From the NCBI GenBank assembly GCA_038853715.1, contig JAWCJE010000010.1:378-64377 (forward strand): a stretch of 64,000 nt of DNA, in the 5' to 3' direction. The DNA is from Candidatus Nezhaarchaeales archaeon. GTDB taxonomy: Archaea; Thermoproteota; Methanomethylicia; Nezhaarchaeales; JAWCJE01. Position numbers and translations under genes: made by a program. A model generated the notes under the pieces. The model was not told the DNA's origin and did not search any database. It worked only from the letters and a program-made list of their open reading frames with translations. How positions within the stretch are numbered: the stretch's first letter is position 1; each line of letters opens with the position of its first letter. Of this stretch, positions 9,852-19,856 are shown piece after piece.

Positions 9852-11777
9852 TTAAGGGCTCCTTCCCTCCTTAGGGCTTTGAATAGCTCGATGGTTAACC
9901 GTGACTACCATTCCGGGCTCGGGCTGGTATAACATACCTTGCTGTAGTAGTCGCCATAGGGCTGTTTCCACTTGAGCTTTACTAAGCCCGGTAGCTTCAA
10001 CGGCTTGTTCCACTAGCTTTTGAACTGGTACGGGTTTTGAGGGTAGGTTTCCCATGAACCATCTAAACGCTTTACCAAGCCCCTTAACGTCTACGAGTTC
10101 AGGCGTAAACCATTCGTATTGCTTCACCCTCTTAACCGGTTGTGTTTGAGGTGGTGGTATGTAGGCCGTTATCCTCTCCTCAGGTTTAAGGATTACTGGT
10201 TTTACTACCTGCGGTTTAGGGGCTTCAATTACGACTTGCCTTTTCGGTAGCTTCCTATTAAGCTGCTTTATCACTCTACGCATCCTCCTTACCTTCGCTA
10301 TTGTCGTCCAGTAGAATACTTCGTCCAAGGTTCCTTCGGCCATTATTATGGATACCTTACCAGCCACCCTTCTACCGGTCCTCCCCCTTCGCTGGATGTA
10401 CCTTATTTCGCTTGGCACCGGCTCGTAAAATACTACGTGATCCACTTCGGGTATATCTAAGCCCTCCTCGGCTATACTAGTAGCGACTAGTACGTTTACT
10501 TCTCCGCCTCTAAGCTTTTGTATCGCTTCATGCTGTTGCTCCTGTGTCATCCCCGGGCTGCCATCCTTAAAGCCTTGACCTACGAAGCGGGCTGCTTTAA
10601 CCTTGGGTAGGCCTTCAAGCCTTTTAAGGATCATATCCACGGTATCGCGATATTGCGAAAACACTATTAACCTTGAATCCGGCTTAGCGTTAAACTGCTC
10701 CTGTAGTATGCGTTTTAACTCCTCCACTTTAGGGTTTGGCGTTGCTAGGGCCTGAGTAGTATATATTTTCGCCTCCGTGAAGAGAGGATCGTTTAGGATG
10801 GATTTATGGCCCCTACTACCCTCCTCAGCCATATTTATGAGCGTCTTATCCATGAAGGCTTTAAGAGTCTCAGGCCCTTGGGTTTCTATTAACTCTATCA
10901 TGTGGGCTACGCTTAAAGCGGCCGTTGCCTGTACCTTAACCTCGTAGAGGTATCCGCCGCTACCTTCAACTAGCCGTCGCTGCAATTCCTCGTTTAACTC
11001 TACTAGGTCACGCCTAGTTATGAATGCTGGCTCCTTACCGGTTAGTACGCCTAACGCTTGTAGACGTTTAATACGTTCAATCAACATCTCCTTAAGCTTA
11101 TTCCTAACCTTTAAGTACGGCTCCGGTACTACTACCGGTCTCCATTGTACCTCTACTGGCTGGATGTAAGGCTTTACGTCTGGGTCTTCGTCATGCCTGA
11201 ACTCTATGGCCTCGATGGCTAGGTTCCTACATATCTGGGCTATGCTTTCCTCGGATCCGCCTGGTGAAGCCGTTAAACCAATTATCAACGGGTTGTTACG
11301 CTGCTGTACGTATGTTGAAGCTATACCTACGTAGGCGTAATTACCGCGTGCTCTATGCGCTTCATCGAATATTAGTAGCGAGAAACCATCAAGGCTTAGG
11401 ACTGCCGACTTTAAATCGTTATATATGCATTGAGGCGTAGCGAATATTACGCGAGCCGATTCATATAGCTGTATACGCTTAGATTGCGGATGCTTACCTG
11501 TTACTAATGCTAGCTCTTCTAAGCTTAGGGAAGTTTTATCCTTAAACGTTTCGTAGTGTTGGTAGGCTAGTGGCCTCGTAGGGGCCATGAATAATACTTT
11601 GCCATCGTTAAGCTTTTCTAAGGCGAGTAGCATGGCTATAATGGTTTTACCTAGCGCGGTTGGTAGCACTATGAGCGTATTCCTACTTCTAGCGGTTTCT
11701 AGTATTTTACGCTGGTATAGCCTATCCTCTACGGCTCTCGGCTTTAGTAGGGGGTGTTGAACGTAGCTTTTCTCCAA
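9852..11777 (-). CDS. Hef/FANCM-like DEAH helicase lacking the ERCC4 nuclease domain
   Basis: RLYQ, LPTALGKT, DEAHRARGNYAY, GLTASPG, ATSIAEEGLDIP, QRRGRTGR. Confidence 0.9.
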   Translation of the reverse strand: MEKSYVQHPLLKPRAVEDRLYQRKILETARSRNTLIVLPTALGKTIIAMLLALEKLNDGKVLFMAPTRPLAYQHYETFKDKTSLSLEELALVTGKHPQSKRIQLYESARVIFATPQCIYNDLKSAVLSLDGFSLLIFDEAHRARGNYAYVGIASTYVQQRNNPLIIGLTASPGGSEESIAQICRNLAIEAIEFRHDEDPDVKPYIQPVEVQWRPVVVPEPYLKVRNKLKEMLIERIKRLQALGVLTGKEPAFITRRDLVELNEELQRRLVEGSGGYLYEVKVQATAALSVAHMIELIETQGPETLKAFMDKTLINMAEEGSRGHKSILNDPLFTEAKIYTTQALATPNPKVEELKRILQEQFNAKPDSRLIVFSQYRDTVDMILKRLEGLPKVKAARFVGQGFKDGSPGMTQEQQHEAIQKLRGGEVNVLVATSIAEEGLDIPEVDHVVFYEPVPSEIRYIQRRGRTGRRVAGKVSIIMAEGTLDEVFYWTTIAKVRRMRRVIKQLNRKLPKRQVVIEAPKPQVVKPVILKPEERITAYIPPPQTQPVKRVKQYEWFTPELVDVKGLGKAFRWFMGNLPSKPVPVQKLVEQAVEATGLSKAQVETALWRLLQQGMLYQPEPGMVVTVNHRAIQSPKEGRSP

Positions 11778-11786
11778 CTTAATTCA

Positions 11787-12050
11787 CTATAGGTTGGGTA
11801 TTAGCCTCTCTACCGCGTCCTTTACCCGGTTCCACTCCGTTCTATCGCGTATTACGTACTTCTGTTTACGCTTCCATTGATTGCCTCTCTTAGTCCATAG
11901 GTATAGGGCTACCTGCTTCCTACCGAAGCTTTCAAGTAGGGCTACGGCTGCCCACCACTTATCCGATTTAAAGAGGGTTTCGTGTTGTAGGACTTTAAGC
12001 TTCTCCGATATGGGTAATGGTTCCTCGGCCATAGTAATGCCTCTATACAC
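11787..12050 (-). CDS. Small basic Trp-rich hypothetical protein
   Basis: 87 aa, 9 nt upstream of the helicase on the same strand. Confidence 0.7.
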   Translation of the reverse strand: MYRGITMAEEPLPISEKLKVLQHETLFKSDKWWAAVALLESFGRKQVALYLWTKRGNQWKRKQKYVIRDRTEWNRVKDAVERLIPNL

Positions 12051-12568
12051 TTCTTGTTAAGGCCTTTTTAAGCGTTAAGGGTTTAGGTTGATCCGTTAAC
12101 AAGTAGAGGGGCGATAGCCTACTCTTACTTCGTCCATTAACCCCCTCCTGCTCCAGTTAAGTGTAGCCGTTAAGTATTAGGGGTTACGATGCTCTTGATG
12201 CTTACGACGTACGCCTTAGCCCGGGCGGATTGATGGCTATGATTAGCCTCGTAAAGGTTAAATATGTATCTCTAGTACCAGTAATGATGTATATTAAAGT
12301 TTCGCGGTTTACGAACTGCTTTAAGCTTTTCTTCTTCTACTCTTTGTTACGGTTAGGTTTTTTATCCTTCCAGCCTGCTTTCACGGCTGCTAATTACCTC
12401 TTTAGAGGCGCTGATCACCATCCCGCCGCTTAGCACTTCTAAGCGGCTTAATTACGCTTAAAAGGGAAATCAGGAGCGTTCCATGGAAAACATAAGTAAA
12501 ACAGCCGTAAACCTTATGAAGAAGTGCAGCCTTCAAGGGTTGATTAAAGAACGAAGAAGCTGACGTGG

Positions 12569-12763
12569 ATGCTGGGCTTCTTAGGCTTTTTAGGTTTTCA
12601 AGCGTTTAGAGTTCATGATCTTTGGCTACTATTCCTATTCTGCCTCTTTAGCTACTTTTCCTACTTAAAGTACTACAAGGAGTGGTTAAAGCACTTATGG
12701 CTACTTGGCGTAGCTGGCTTAATTACGGCGATACTTGGAGTTTTCGGAGTAATTAAGGTGTAA
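12569..12763 (+). CDS. Small membrane protein (GFLGFLGF repeat, DUF3796-like)
   Basis: Hydrophobic 64-aa ORF. Confidence 0.5.
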   Translation: MLGFLGFLGFQAFRVHDLWLLFLFCLFSYFSYLKYYKEWLKHLWLLGVAGLITAILGVFGVIKV

Positions 12764-12862
12764 TTAAGGCTGCTCCTTTACCCTTTTACAGGGCGGAGAA
12801 CCACGTGTAGCTCCTCTTAGTGGGTGGAAACGTTTTAAGCTGATTTTAACCTATAGTAAAGC

Positions 12863-14008
12863 GTGGCTAATGCTTTGCCTACGCGTCTTAACGTTGCGCG
12901 GGGGGTTATGGAGGAGTACGCCCGCTTAACGGGTTTACATCCTGAAGGGTGGCCGCGGCGATACTTATGGACGGATGCTTTCGCCGTGTTTAACTTTTTA
13001 GAGCTGTATAGGCTTACGGGTGGGGGGCTTTATAAGCAGCTTGCGATACGCTTAGTAGATCAGGTTCATCACGTTCTAGGTAGGCATCGCGGGGATGATG
13101 GGAGGAGCGGTTGGATTAGCGGGCTTAATGATTCTGAGGCTGAGGAGCATCCAACGGTTCGCGGTTTAAGGATAGGTAAGAAGCTACCTGAACGTAGGCT
13201 GGATGAGCCTTACGACCCGGTTTTAGAGTGGGAGCGCGATGGTCAATACTACCATTACCTTACGAAGTGGATGCTCGCCTTACGTAAGATGGCTAAAGCT
13301 ACTGGTAACGTTAAATACCTTAAGTGGTCTGTGGAATTGGCTAAAGCCGCCCATAAGGCTTTCATTCATACTTCGCCGCTTGATGGCCGTAAGTACATAT
13401 ACTGGAAGATGAGTATAGATCTATCCTATCCCCTTACGCTTCAGGAGGGGCAGCATGACGTAATTGACGGGCTGATAACTTACGCTGAGCTTCAAGTAGC
13501 TTCGCCTGAAGGAGTTCTAACGGAGGAGGTAAAGGAGGCTTTAAGCATGTGTAAGGAGCGGGATTGGAGTGAATGGGTTAGTGATGACCCCTTAGGCGTA
13601 GGCGAACTCCTAAGCCTTTCTTTTAGGGCTGCGAGGCTAACTTTTAAAGGGGCAAGCTACTTAGCTGGTTTACTACACTCTCTGCTTGAAGCAGCTTACG
13701 TTAGCCTTAAGGCCTACCTACCTAAAGACTTCCTCAACCTTCCGGCTAGCCGTAGGCTTGCATTTCGCGAACTCGGCCTTTCAATAGGTCTTCACGCGGC
13801 TGAAGAACTTAAAGCTCTAGCTGAAAAACTAGGTTTAACTTATCATCCATTAATTAAAAGCTTGGAAAAATTCATTCCGATGGGCTTAAAGATTAAGGAG
13901 TTTTGGACTAACCCGATTAACTGGGAGGTTGATAGCTGGATGGAGCATCGGGAAATCAACATGGTTATGTTAGCAACTAGCCTACTACCAGACGGATACC
14001 TCGATTAA
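12863..14008 (+). CDS. Conserved hypothetical protein, probable alpha/alpha-barrel (glycosidase-like)
   Basis: RRYLWTDAFAV, DGQYYHYLTKW, WKMSIDLS, RLAFRELGLSIG conserved-looking motifs. Confidence 0.75.
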   Translation: MANALPTRLNVARGVMEEYARLTGLHPEGWPRRYLWTDAFAVFNFLELYRLTGGGLYKQLAIRLVDQVHHVLGRHRGDDGRSGWISGLNDSEAEEHPTVRGLRIGKKLPERRLDEPYDPVLEWERDGQYYHYLTKWMLALRKMAKATGNVKYLKWSVELAKAAHKAFIHTSPLDGRKYIYWKMSIDLSYPLTLQEGQHDVIDGLITYAELQVASPEGVLTEEVKEALSMCKERDWSEWVSDDPLGVGELLSLSFRAARLTFKGASYLAGLLHSLLEAAYVSLKAYLPKDFLNLPASRRLAFRELGLSIGLHAAEELKALAEKLGLTYHPLIKSLEKFIPMGLKIKEFWTNPINWEVDSWMEHREINMVMLATSLLPDGYLD

Positions 14009-14219
14009 CTACGTAAGGAGCCTAATAGTAGCTAGGTTTTACTCGTTTCCCCTTATTAGTCTTACTATGAGACCTATTAAAACCATTAAGGCCACCTTAA
14101 CGTTAAGAAGTAAGCTAGTTAAGGTATTAACTTTAACCATCATACTGAGGGGCGCTATACCGAAGAGCCTGAACGTCCTTATGCTATTTCGCTTAGACGC
14201 AACGACCTATGGTTTAGAG

Positions 14220-14516
14220 TCATTCACCTCCGTTTATTAAGAGTTTAAGCGGTATATCTTGATACTCTCCGCTTGGTAGTTTACGTCTCACGGTTAAGGG
14301 TAAAACCCCTTTCTCAAGCTCGAGTGTAGCTATCTTTATAGGGTCTGTCTCCCCTTTAGGTACTTCGATTAGTATTGGGGCCCCCATAGATATTTGGAGC
14401 GCCCTAGCCCCTATAATCCTAGCTTTCTCGTAGCGCGTTAACCTTGGTAGCCAAACCTTAACCTTTAAAGGCTTTTCCTCCTCCTTAGAGGGAGGAGTTA
14501 TGCTCGTAGCGGGCAC
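14220..14516 (-). CDS. rpo6: DNA-directed RNA polymerase subunit K/Rpo6
   Basis: [22 protein letters not shown]...[10 protein letters not shown]. Confidence 0.96.
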   Translation of the reverse strand: MPATSITPPSKEEEKPLKVKVWLPRLTRYEKARIIGARALQISMGAPILIEVPKGETDPIKIATLELEKGVLPLTVRRKLPSGEYQDIPLKLLINGGE

Positions 14517-14849
14517 TCTTAAATCACCACGCGCCCATAGCTAAGGCTTAGCTTAGCCATTAAGCGCTAGCTTAAAGCTAATGCAAAAAGCAAATTAAAC
14601 GAATATATAAATTCTTGCTTTACGGCTTTCCTTAAGCCTGCCGCAAAACTCCACTACTTAAGTTACTAGTAGAGCACTTGTTAAGAGCTTTGTAATAGCC
14701 TTCCCTTATTGTTAAATTATGGTCAAGGAACGCCAATCACGCCCTCACGCTATACGAGCACTTAGGCTATGATCTAATAGAAGTATACGTTACGTTTATT
14801 GTTGAGAAGGGGCTCCGGCGGAAACCTTCGGCTATTTTAAAGGGAGATT

Positions 14850-15188
14850 TTAAACGTTAATCGATACTACGTTCTTCGAGATTTTAACCTCCACTTCATC
14901 CCCTATCTCAGGTTTTTGTTCAAGCCTTTCCCATTCGTCCTCGGTTAACCATAAGGTTAAGCGTTGAAGGGTAACTTTACCGGGCCTTATGAAGGGTAAC
15001 GACTGCATTACCTGGTTTATTACCGGCATTACTTCACGAGCGAGCGGCGACGTACTTCCTTCAGGGGAGATAATTACGGGTGGAGGGGCTTCCTTCTCCT
15101 CGGTTAAGTCCAAGCGTACCCCCCTATTACCTAGGGGGTCGGTTACTAAGGATTTACCAACAACCGTCGCTTTAAAGGTAACGCCCAC
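14850..15188 (-). CDS. Arcadin-1 homolog
   Basis: K.LVTDPLG, EEKE.P.PV, REVMPV..Q...SLPF..GK.T..RLTLWLTEDE and GD.VEV match my recollection of Pyrobaculum arcadin-1. Confidence 0.8.
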   Translation of the reverse strand: MGVTFKATVVGKSLVTDPLGNRGVRLDLTEEKEAPPPVIISPEGSTSPLAREVMPVINQVMQSLPFIRPGKVTLQRLTLWLTEDEWERLEQKPEIGDEVEVKISKNVVSINV

Positions 15189-15417
15189 TAATAACCCTCC
15201 TTAGCCTAGTTATTTGGCTATGCCGGCTTATAAATCGTTAACATGCCAGCGCGTAACAAACCTTTAAAGCTCATTTAAAACTAACGGTGACCCTCAGCCT
15301 TCTTACCCCCCGGGTTAAAGCTTAGCGAAGGGGATGTATGCTTCCTCGGGGAGCGATGGAGCCCTTGCTAGGAAGAGCGCCGCGGTTAAATACGGCGTTG
15401 CCTCATGGCTTATAGTG

Positions 15418-16401
15418 ATGCGTATGTTAAGGACGGCCGAGGACGTAATGGTTGCTGCTCAATTAGCTGCTACGTTAGAGGTTAGTGGATGGCCTAAGCC
15501 TGGAAATGTGCATAGGACTTCGAGCTATCCTGATAAGGGCTTTGAACACTTCTTGGCGGGTTCAATAGCTTTAGGCCCTGCTATTAAGCTTGCAGCGGTT
15601 CGAGGCGTGAAAGCTAGGTTAAAGGACGATTTCTCTAGGGTTCAGCTTGGAGCCCTAATTAAGAAGGCCTGTAAAGCCAGCCTTTCTTGGCAGCGGGCTG
15701 GTAATACGCATTTAGGGGTAGTTTTACTCTTCACGCCGATAGCCGTAGCTATTGGCTCACTACTTCCTTGGGAAGGCGGGGTTCAACGGTTAAGGGATAA
15801 CGCCATTAGAGTTATGAGGAGTACTACGCCTATCGATACGCTTCGCGTATATGAAGCCATTAGGCTGATGAAGCCTAGCGGGCTTGGAAGGGTGAAGGGT
15901 GAAGGTTTTGACGTATTTAGTGAAAGGAGCGAAGTCTTAAGGCGGGGTATAACCCTCTTCGACTCAATGAAGGTAGCGGCTAAATGGGATAGTGTAGCTA
16001 AGGAGTTAGCGGATGGGTTTACGGTTACGTTTACGGTGGGCTACCCTTACTTCATGAAGCTCTACGAGGAGACGTATGACGTAAACGTTGCGGTTGTCCA
16101 TACGTACCTTAAACTTCTCTCAACGTACCCCGATACGTTCATAGCTAGAAACGTGGGGCTTAAGATCACCGAGGACGCTGAGGAGGCCGTAAAGTTAGGG
16201 TTAGAGGAGGCTCGTAAGGTATCGATGAAGGCCGATGAGGTTTTAAGGCTCGGCGGGCTTCAAACGGCGGAAGGTAGGAAGATGCTTCTAAAGCTCGACG
16301 AGGAGCTTAAGAGCCTAGGCCAAGACTATAACCCGGGGGCAACGGCCGATTTAACGGCTTCTTCAATCTTCGTAGCCGTATTGGAGGGGTTTAGGCCTTG
16401 A
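15418..16401 (+). CDS. citG: CitG-like triphosphoribosyl-dephospho-CoA synthase family protein
   Basis: LEVSGWPKPGNVHR, NTHLG, PDTFIAR, NPGATADL. Confidence 0.88.
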   Translation: MRMLRTAEDVMVAAQLAATLEVSGWPKPGNVHRTSSYPDKGFEHFLAGSIALGPAIKLAAVRGVKARLKDDFSRVQLGALIKKACKASLSWQRAGNTHLGVVLLFTPIAVAIGSLLPWEGGVQRLRDNAIRVMRSTTPIDTLRVYEAIRLMKPSGLGRVKGEGFDVFSERSEVLRRGITLFDSMKVAAKWDSVAKELADGFTVTFTVGYPYFMKLYEETYDVNVAVVHTYLKLLSTYPDTFIARNVGLKITEDAEEAVKLGLEEARKVSMKADEVLRLGGLQTAEGRKMLLKLDEELKSLGQDYNPGATADLTASSIFVAVLEGFRP

Positions 16402-17438
16402 GGAAGGTGGTTGCACCTATTGAAGGCTGGTACTTGGAAACTGTTGAGAAGCTAATCTTCACCGTTAAGGGGCATCTCCACCCCTACGGGCACCTTGTAG
16501 CATACGTTAGGTATGCCCCTCATCCTGAAGGTGATCGTGAAAGGGGCGGCGTAAGGTATAAGCGGTTATACCACCTTGATGAGCAGGAAAACTTCCTACT
16601 TGAGCATTACCCTCACTACTTGCTTTACGACGGGGTTATGGATGAATTATTACAGGCGGTCCCGATAAAGCGTATAGTGAAGCTTTACGATCCAACCGAG
16701 AAGCTTATCGAGCTACAGCGTAGCCGCGGCCTGTTAACACCAGTTGAACAGGATGCGTTAAGCTTCGCTGAGCTTCTAGCGAGTAGGGCTAAAGTACCCC
16801 TTGAATCGTTAGGGGTATCCGGCTCGATACTTGTAGGGCTACATAAACCTAGCTCAGATATAGACTTAGTGGTTTACGGCGTTAATAGTAGCCGCCTCGT
16901 ACATTCAGCTTTACTGAGTATGCTTAACGAGGATGATGAGGTGAAAAAACTCGACGTTGAAGGGTTTAGGAGGCTTTACGAGTTTAGGGTTAAAGATACT
17001 AGGATACCCTTCGAAACCTTCATAAGCCAGGAGTCGAGGAAGGTTATCCAAGGTAGGTTCCGTGGAAGGGAGTACTTCATTAGGTTCGTTAAGCTACGCC
17101 ACGAATTAACGGAGCTTTACGGGGATAGCTTCATTAAATGTTTGGGTAGGGCGACCATAAGGGCTAGGGTGGCTTCCGATGAAAATGCTATTTTTACGCC
17201 TTGCGTATACCAAATATTAAACGTGGAGTTCCTGGAAGGGGTTAAGGTGCCTAAACTAACCCAGGTATGCTCGTTTAGGGGGAGGTTTTGCGAGCAGGCT
17301 AAAGTCGGCGAGGAGGTAATAGCTAGCGGTAAGGTAGAGGAGGTTCAAAGGAAGGATGGAGAGGTCTACCATAGGCTTGTGGTGGGTGCAACCCCTAACG
17401 ACTACCTAATTTCATTAACGCCTACTGCCTCCATCTAG
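16398..17438 (+). CDS. Predicted nucleotidyltransferase (COG1665-like) with C-terminal OB-like domain
   Basis: GVSGSILVGLH..SSDIDLVVYG Pol-beta motif. Overlaps the citG stop. Confidence 0.82.
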   Translation: MRKVVAPIEGWYLETVEKLIFTVKGHLHPYGHLVAYVRYAPHPEGDRERGGVRYKRLYHLDEQENFLLEHYPHYLLYDGVMDELLQAVPIKRIVKLYDPTEKLIELQRSRGLLTPVEQDALSFAELLASRAKVPLESLGVSGSILVGLHKPSSDIDLVVYGVNSSRLVHSALLSMLNEDDEVKKLDVEGFRRLYEFRVKDTRIPFETFISQESRKVIQGRFRGREYFIRFVKLRHELTELYGDSFIKCLGRATIRARVASDENAIFTPCVYQILNVEFLEGVKVPKLTQVCSFRGRFCEQAKVGEEVIASGKVEEVQRKDGEVYHRLVVGATPNDYLISLTPTASI

Positions 17439-17475
17439 GGGAGGTGGAGAAGCTCTTACCTATGGTTTTAGCGGC

Positions 17476-17552
17476 TTCTACTAGAGGCTCGGATGGAAAC
17501 GTTGGTTTTAATCTAATCGATAGATCGCGTTTCACCCGAAGCTTCCGTGGAA
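17476..17552. promoter_or_regulatory. Two tandem 11+1+11 palindromic motifs
   Basis: TTCTACTAGAG-G-CTCGGATGGAA (17476) and TTTCACCCGAA-G-CTTCCGTGGAA (17530). Confidence 0.5.
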
Positions 17553-17644
17553 ACGGTATAGTGCTTGAAGGGACGGTGGCTACCACTATAGGGTATTCGA
17601 AGGACGGTCCGTACTAGGTTACAACGTACTCCTAGCTTGGAAGC

Positions 17645-18352
17645 CTAGCTATGCTTCGCCGGTTTAACTTCCTTTAATAGCCTTTTAAGGTAGCTTTCAA
17701 CCCTTTTCATCCTTCTACCTAGGAAGGATAGGTTTAATATATGGATGGCCTGCTTCCTTAAACTCGAGTAGCTACTAGCTCTCGTTAGGATGCCGCGATC
17801 CCTAAGGGAGGCTATTAGGCGTGTAAATTCGTCTATCGTTACGCCTAAGGTTTTAACTGCTACGTCTACGGCTGGCGATGAGGCTATGGCCTTTAAAACC
17901 TTAATATCACCCCTCGTTAACTTTAAGTCAGGTATAAGTAGGGCTGGTTCGTAGTCGTTTAGAGCGTCCTGAACGGCTTGACGGACGATGAGTTCAAGCT
18001 CCTCAGGCTCTAAAAGGATGTAGAAATCGGGAAGCTCCAATACTTTAACGCCAAGCTGTTTAGCGGTTAATTCAGCGGCTGTATCAGCGTAGCCTTTACA
18101 TATCACCATCGGCTTTAACCCCGAGATCTGCGCGTTAGTATACGCCTGCCTAACGTCGGATACGCCTATACGGCCTGCCTTTACCTCAACGGAGTAAACA
18201 TCGCCCTCCGGGCTTTTAGCCACTAGGTCGATCTCAGCGACTTCAACCCCGCCTATCTCGAGCCTCTTCCTAGATTCAAGTATTTGAAAACCCATGCGTT
18301 CAAGAATACCGCGCCCTATACGTTCGCTACTAGCACCTCTCTTCATTGACAA
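17645..18352 (-). CDS. PD-(D/E)XK restriction-endonuclease-like protein with C-terminal HTH
   Basis: E...EIDLVA...VEVK motif. Confidence 0.75.
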   Translation of the reverse strand: MSMKRGASSERIGRGILERMGFQILESRKRLEIGGVEVAEIDLVAKSPEGDVYSVEVKAGRIGVSDVRQAYTNAQISGLKPMVICKGYADTAAELTAKQLGVKVLELPDFYILLEPEELELIVRQAVQDALNDYEPALLIPDLKLTRGDIKVLKAIASSPAVDVAVKTLGVTIDEFTRLIASLRDRGILTRASSYSSLRKQAIHILNLSFLGRRMKRVESYLKRLLKEVKPAKHS

Positions 18353-18457
18353 CTTTTAACCCTACTACTTTAGTGCTTCCCCCTTAATAAAGGGTTAACC
18401 ATTAGCTGGAGGGTGCCTATTTAAGAAGAACCTTGTAGGTGTTACTTTGAGGGGTGC

Positions 18458-19516
18458 ATGATGCTTCGAGGGTTTAGGGATCGCGATCAGCTTTTAACTA
18501 GGGAGGGGCTTTTCTTCACGGTCGTTGGAAACCTACACCCTGAGGATCGGATTATAAGCTATTTGAAGTATATACCTAACCCCGGGGGTAAGTGGGGGCG
18601 TGGGAAATCTAGGTATGCGAGGATGCTTCAATACTACACGATTCCATCACTCCTAGACACCATAAGGTACCTTGAAGAAAAATATAGGCATTACGTATGG
18701 TTCTCCGAGGAGCTAGGCATTAAGATGTCAGCCGTGCCGAAGGAGTATGTTCAAAGGCATTATAAGCCTGAGGAGAAGCTTTCCGAGCTTCTAAATGCGC
18801 GGCGTAGGGATAGGCTTGAGGAGGCCGTAGTTAACTTAGTAGGCTTAATCTCCGATGAAAGCGGCGTAGCAACTACGGCCTTCGGGGTTACCGGCTCAAT
18901 ACTCGTCGGTATACATAACGTGAAGTTCTCCGATATCGATTTAACCGTTTACGGTGTTAGTAATAGCCTTAAGGTTAAGGAGGCTTTAACTAAAATCTAC
19001 GACGACTCCGAGAAACCGGTTAAAAGGCTACCGCCTGGAAAGCTACAATACCTATTGAATAGGAGGATGAGGCTTTACCACCTCTCTAGGGAGGATGCGG
19101 AATTAATCTGCCTTAGGAGGTGGAATAGGGGGGTGTTTGGTAGTATTGACTTCTCGATACACCCGGTAAAGCTAGAGGAGGAGGAAAAGCTTAGATTCGG
19201 GGATTATAGGTTTAAGCCTAAAGGTATTGTGACCGTTGAAGCTATCGTTACTGATACCTCTGAAGCCATGTTTATGCCTTGCACCTACCGTATTGAACCT
19301 ACGAGGGTATTGGAGGGTGAAGCCGGGCCGGACCTAACGACCGTAACATCCTTCGAGGGATTATACGCGGATATAGCTTTAGAGGGTGAAGCTATAAGGG
19401 TTAGGGGTAAGCTGGAGGCCGTTATCGATAGGAAGGGGCGGATAATGCACCATAGGGTTCTAGTAGGATCACCGGAGGCTGAAGGCTACGATTACATAGT
19501 GGTCGTAAAAAGCTAG
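18458..19516 (+). CDS. Predicted nucleotidyltransferase (COG1665-like), paralog of 16398-17438
   Basis: GVTGSILVGIH...SDIDLTVYG; shares the F.V.G..HP, F.PC.Y and GK.E.V motifs. Confidence 0.82.
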   Translation: MMLRGFRDRDQLLTREGLFFTVVGNLHPEDRIISYLKYIPNPGGKWGRGKSRYARMLQYYTIPSLLDTIRYLEEKYRHYVWFSEELGIKMSAVPKEYVQRHYKPEEKLSELLNARRRDRLEEAVVNLVGLISDESGVATTAFGVTGSILVGIHNVKFSDIDLTVYGVSNSLKVKEALTKIYDDSEKPVKRLPPGKLQYLLNRRMRLYHLSREDAELICLRRWNRGVFGSIDFSIHPVKLEEEEKLRFGDYRFKPKGIVTVEAIVTDTSEAMFMPCTYRIEPTRVLEGEAGPDLTTVTSFEGLYADIALEGEAIRVRGKLEAVIDRKGRIMHHRVLVGSPEAEGYDYIVVVKS

Positions 19517-19757
19517 GCTGAGGCCGTGAAGGGTTGAAGCGAAGGTATGATGGAAGGCTCGGATACCTAGAAGGGCGGGTTGAGGCCTGCTTCCGGGGCA
19601 GCCCTCGAGTATTAACCCGTGTTAAGCTTAACCTTCAAATCCTCCAGTAACGGTTAAAAGGCTACTTTCACCGAAGGTACGAGTTGAGCTTAATGTTTTA
19701 AACTTACACTTCTAGCCGGGTTTCGAGTAAGGAAGATCGGACTGTTGAAAATCAGCG

Positions 19758-19780
19758 TTCCACTGAAGATTCTAGTAGGA
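19758..19780. promoter_or_regulatory. Tandem 11+1+11 palindromic motif
   Basis: TTCCACTGAAG-A-TTCTAGTAGGA. Confidence 0.45.
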
Positions 19781-19856
19781 GCCGTGTAAGCCTTTAGTTA
19801 TTAATACTGTTTTGCTTCTAAGGTTGATAGGTATGTTGTTGATTTGAGGGGTTTAG

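Noticed and set aside
12230..12433. 67-aa ORF
   Set aside because: No motif and atypical composition; probably spurious
15290..15415. Possible fluoride riboswitch, or ribosomal protein S17-like fragment (LPPGLKLSEGDVCFLGE), upstream of citG
   Set aside because: Only partial resemblance to either; cannot be supported without a covariance-model or HMM search
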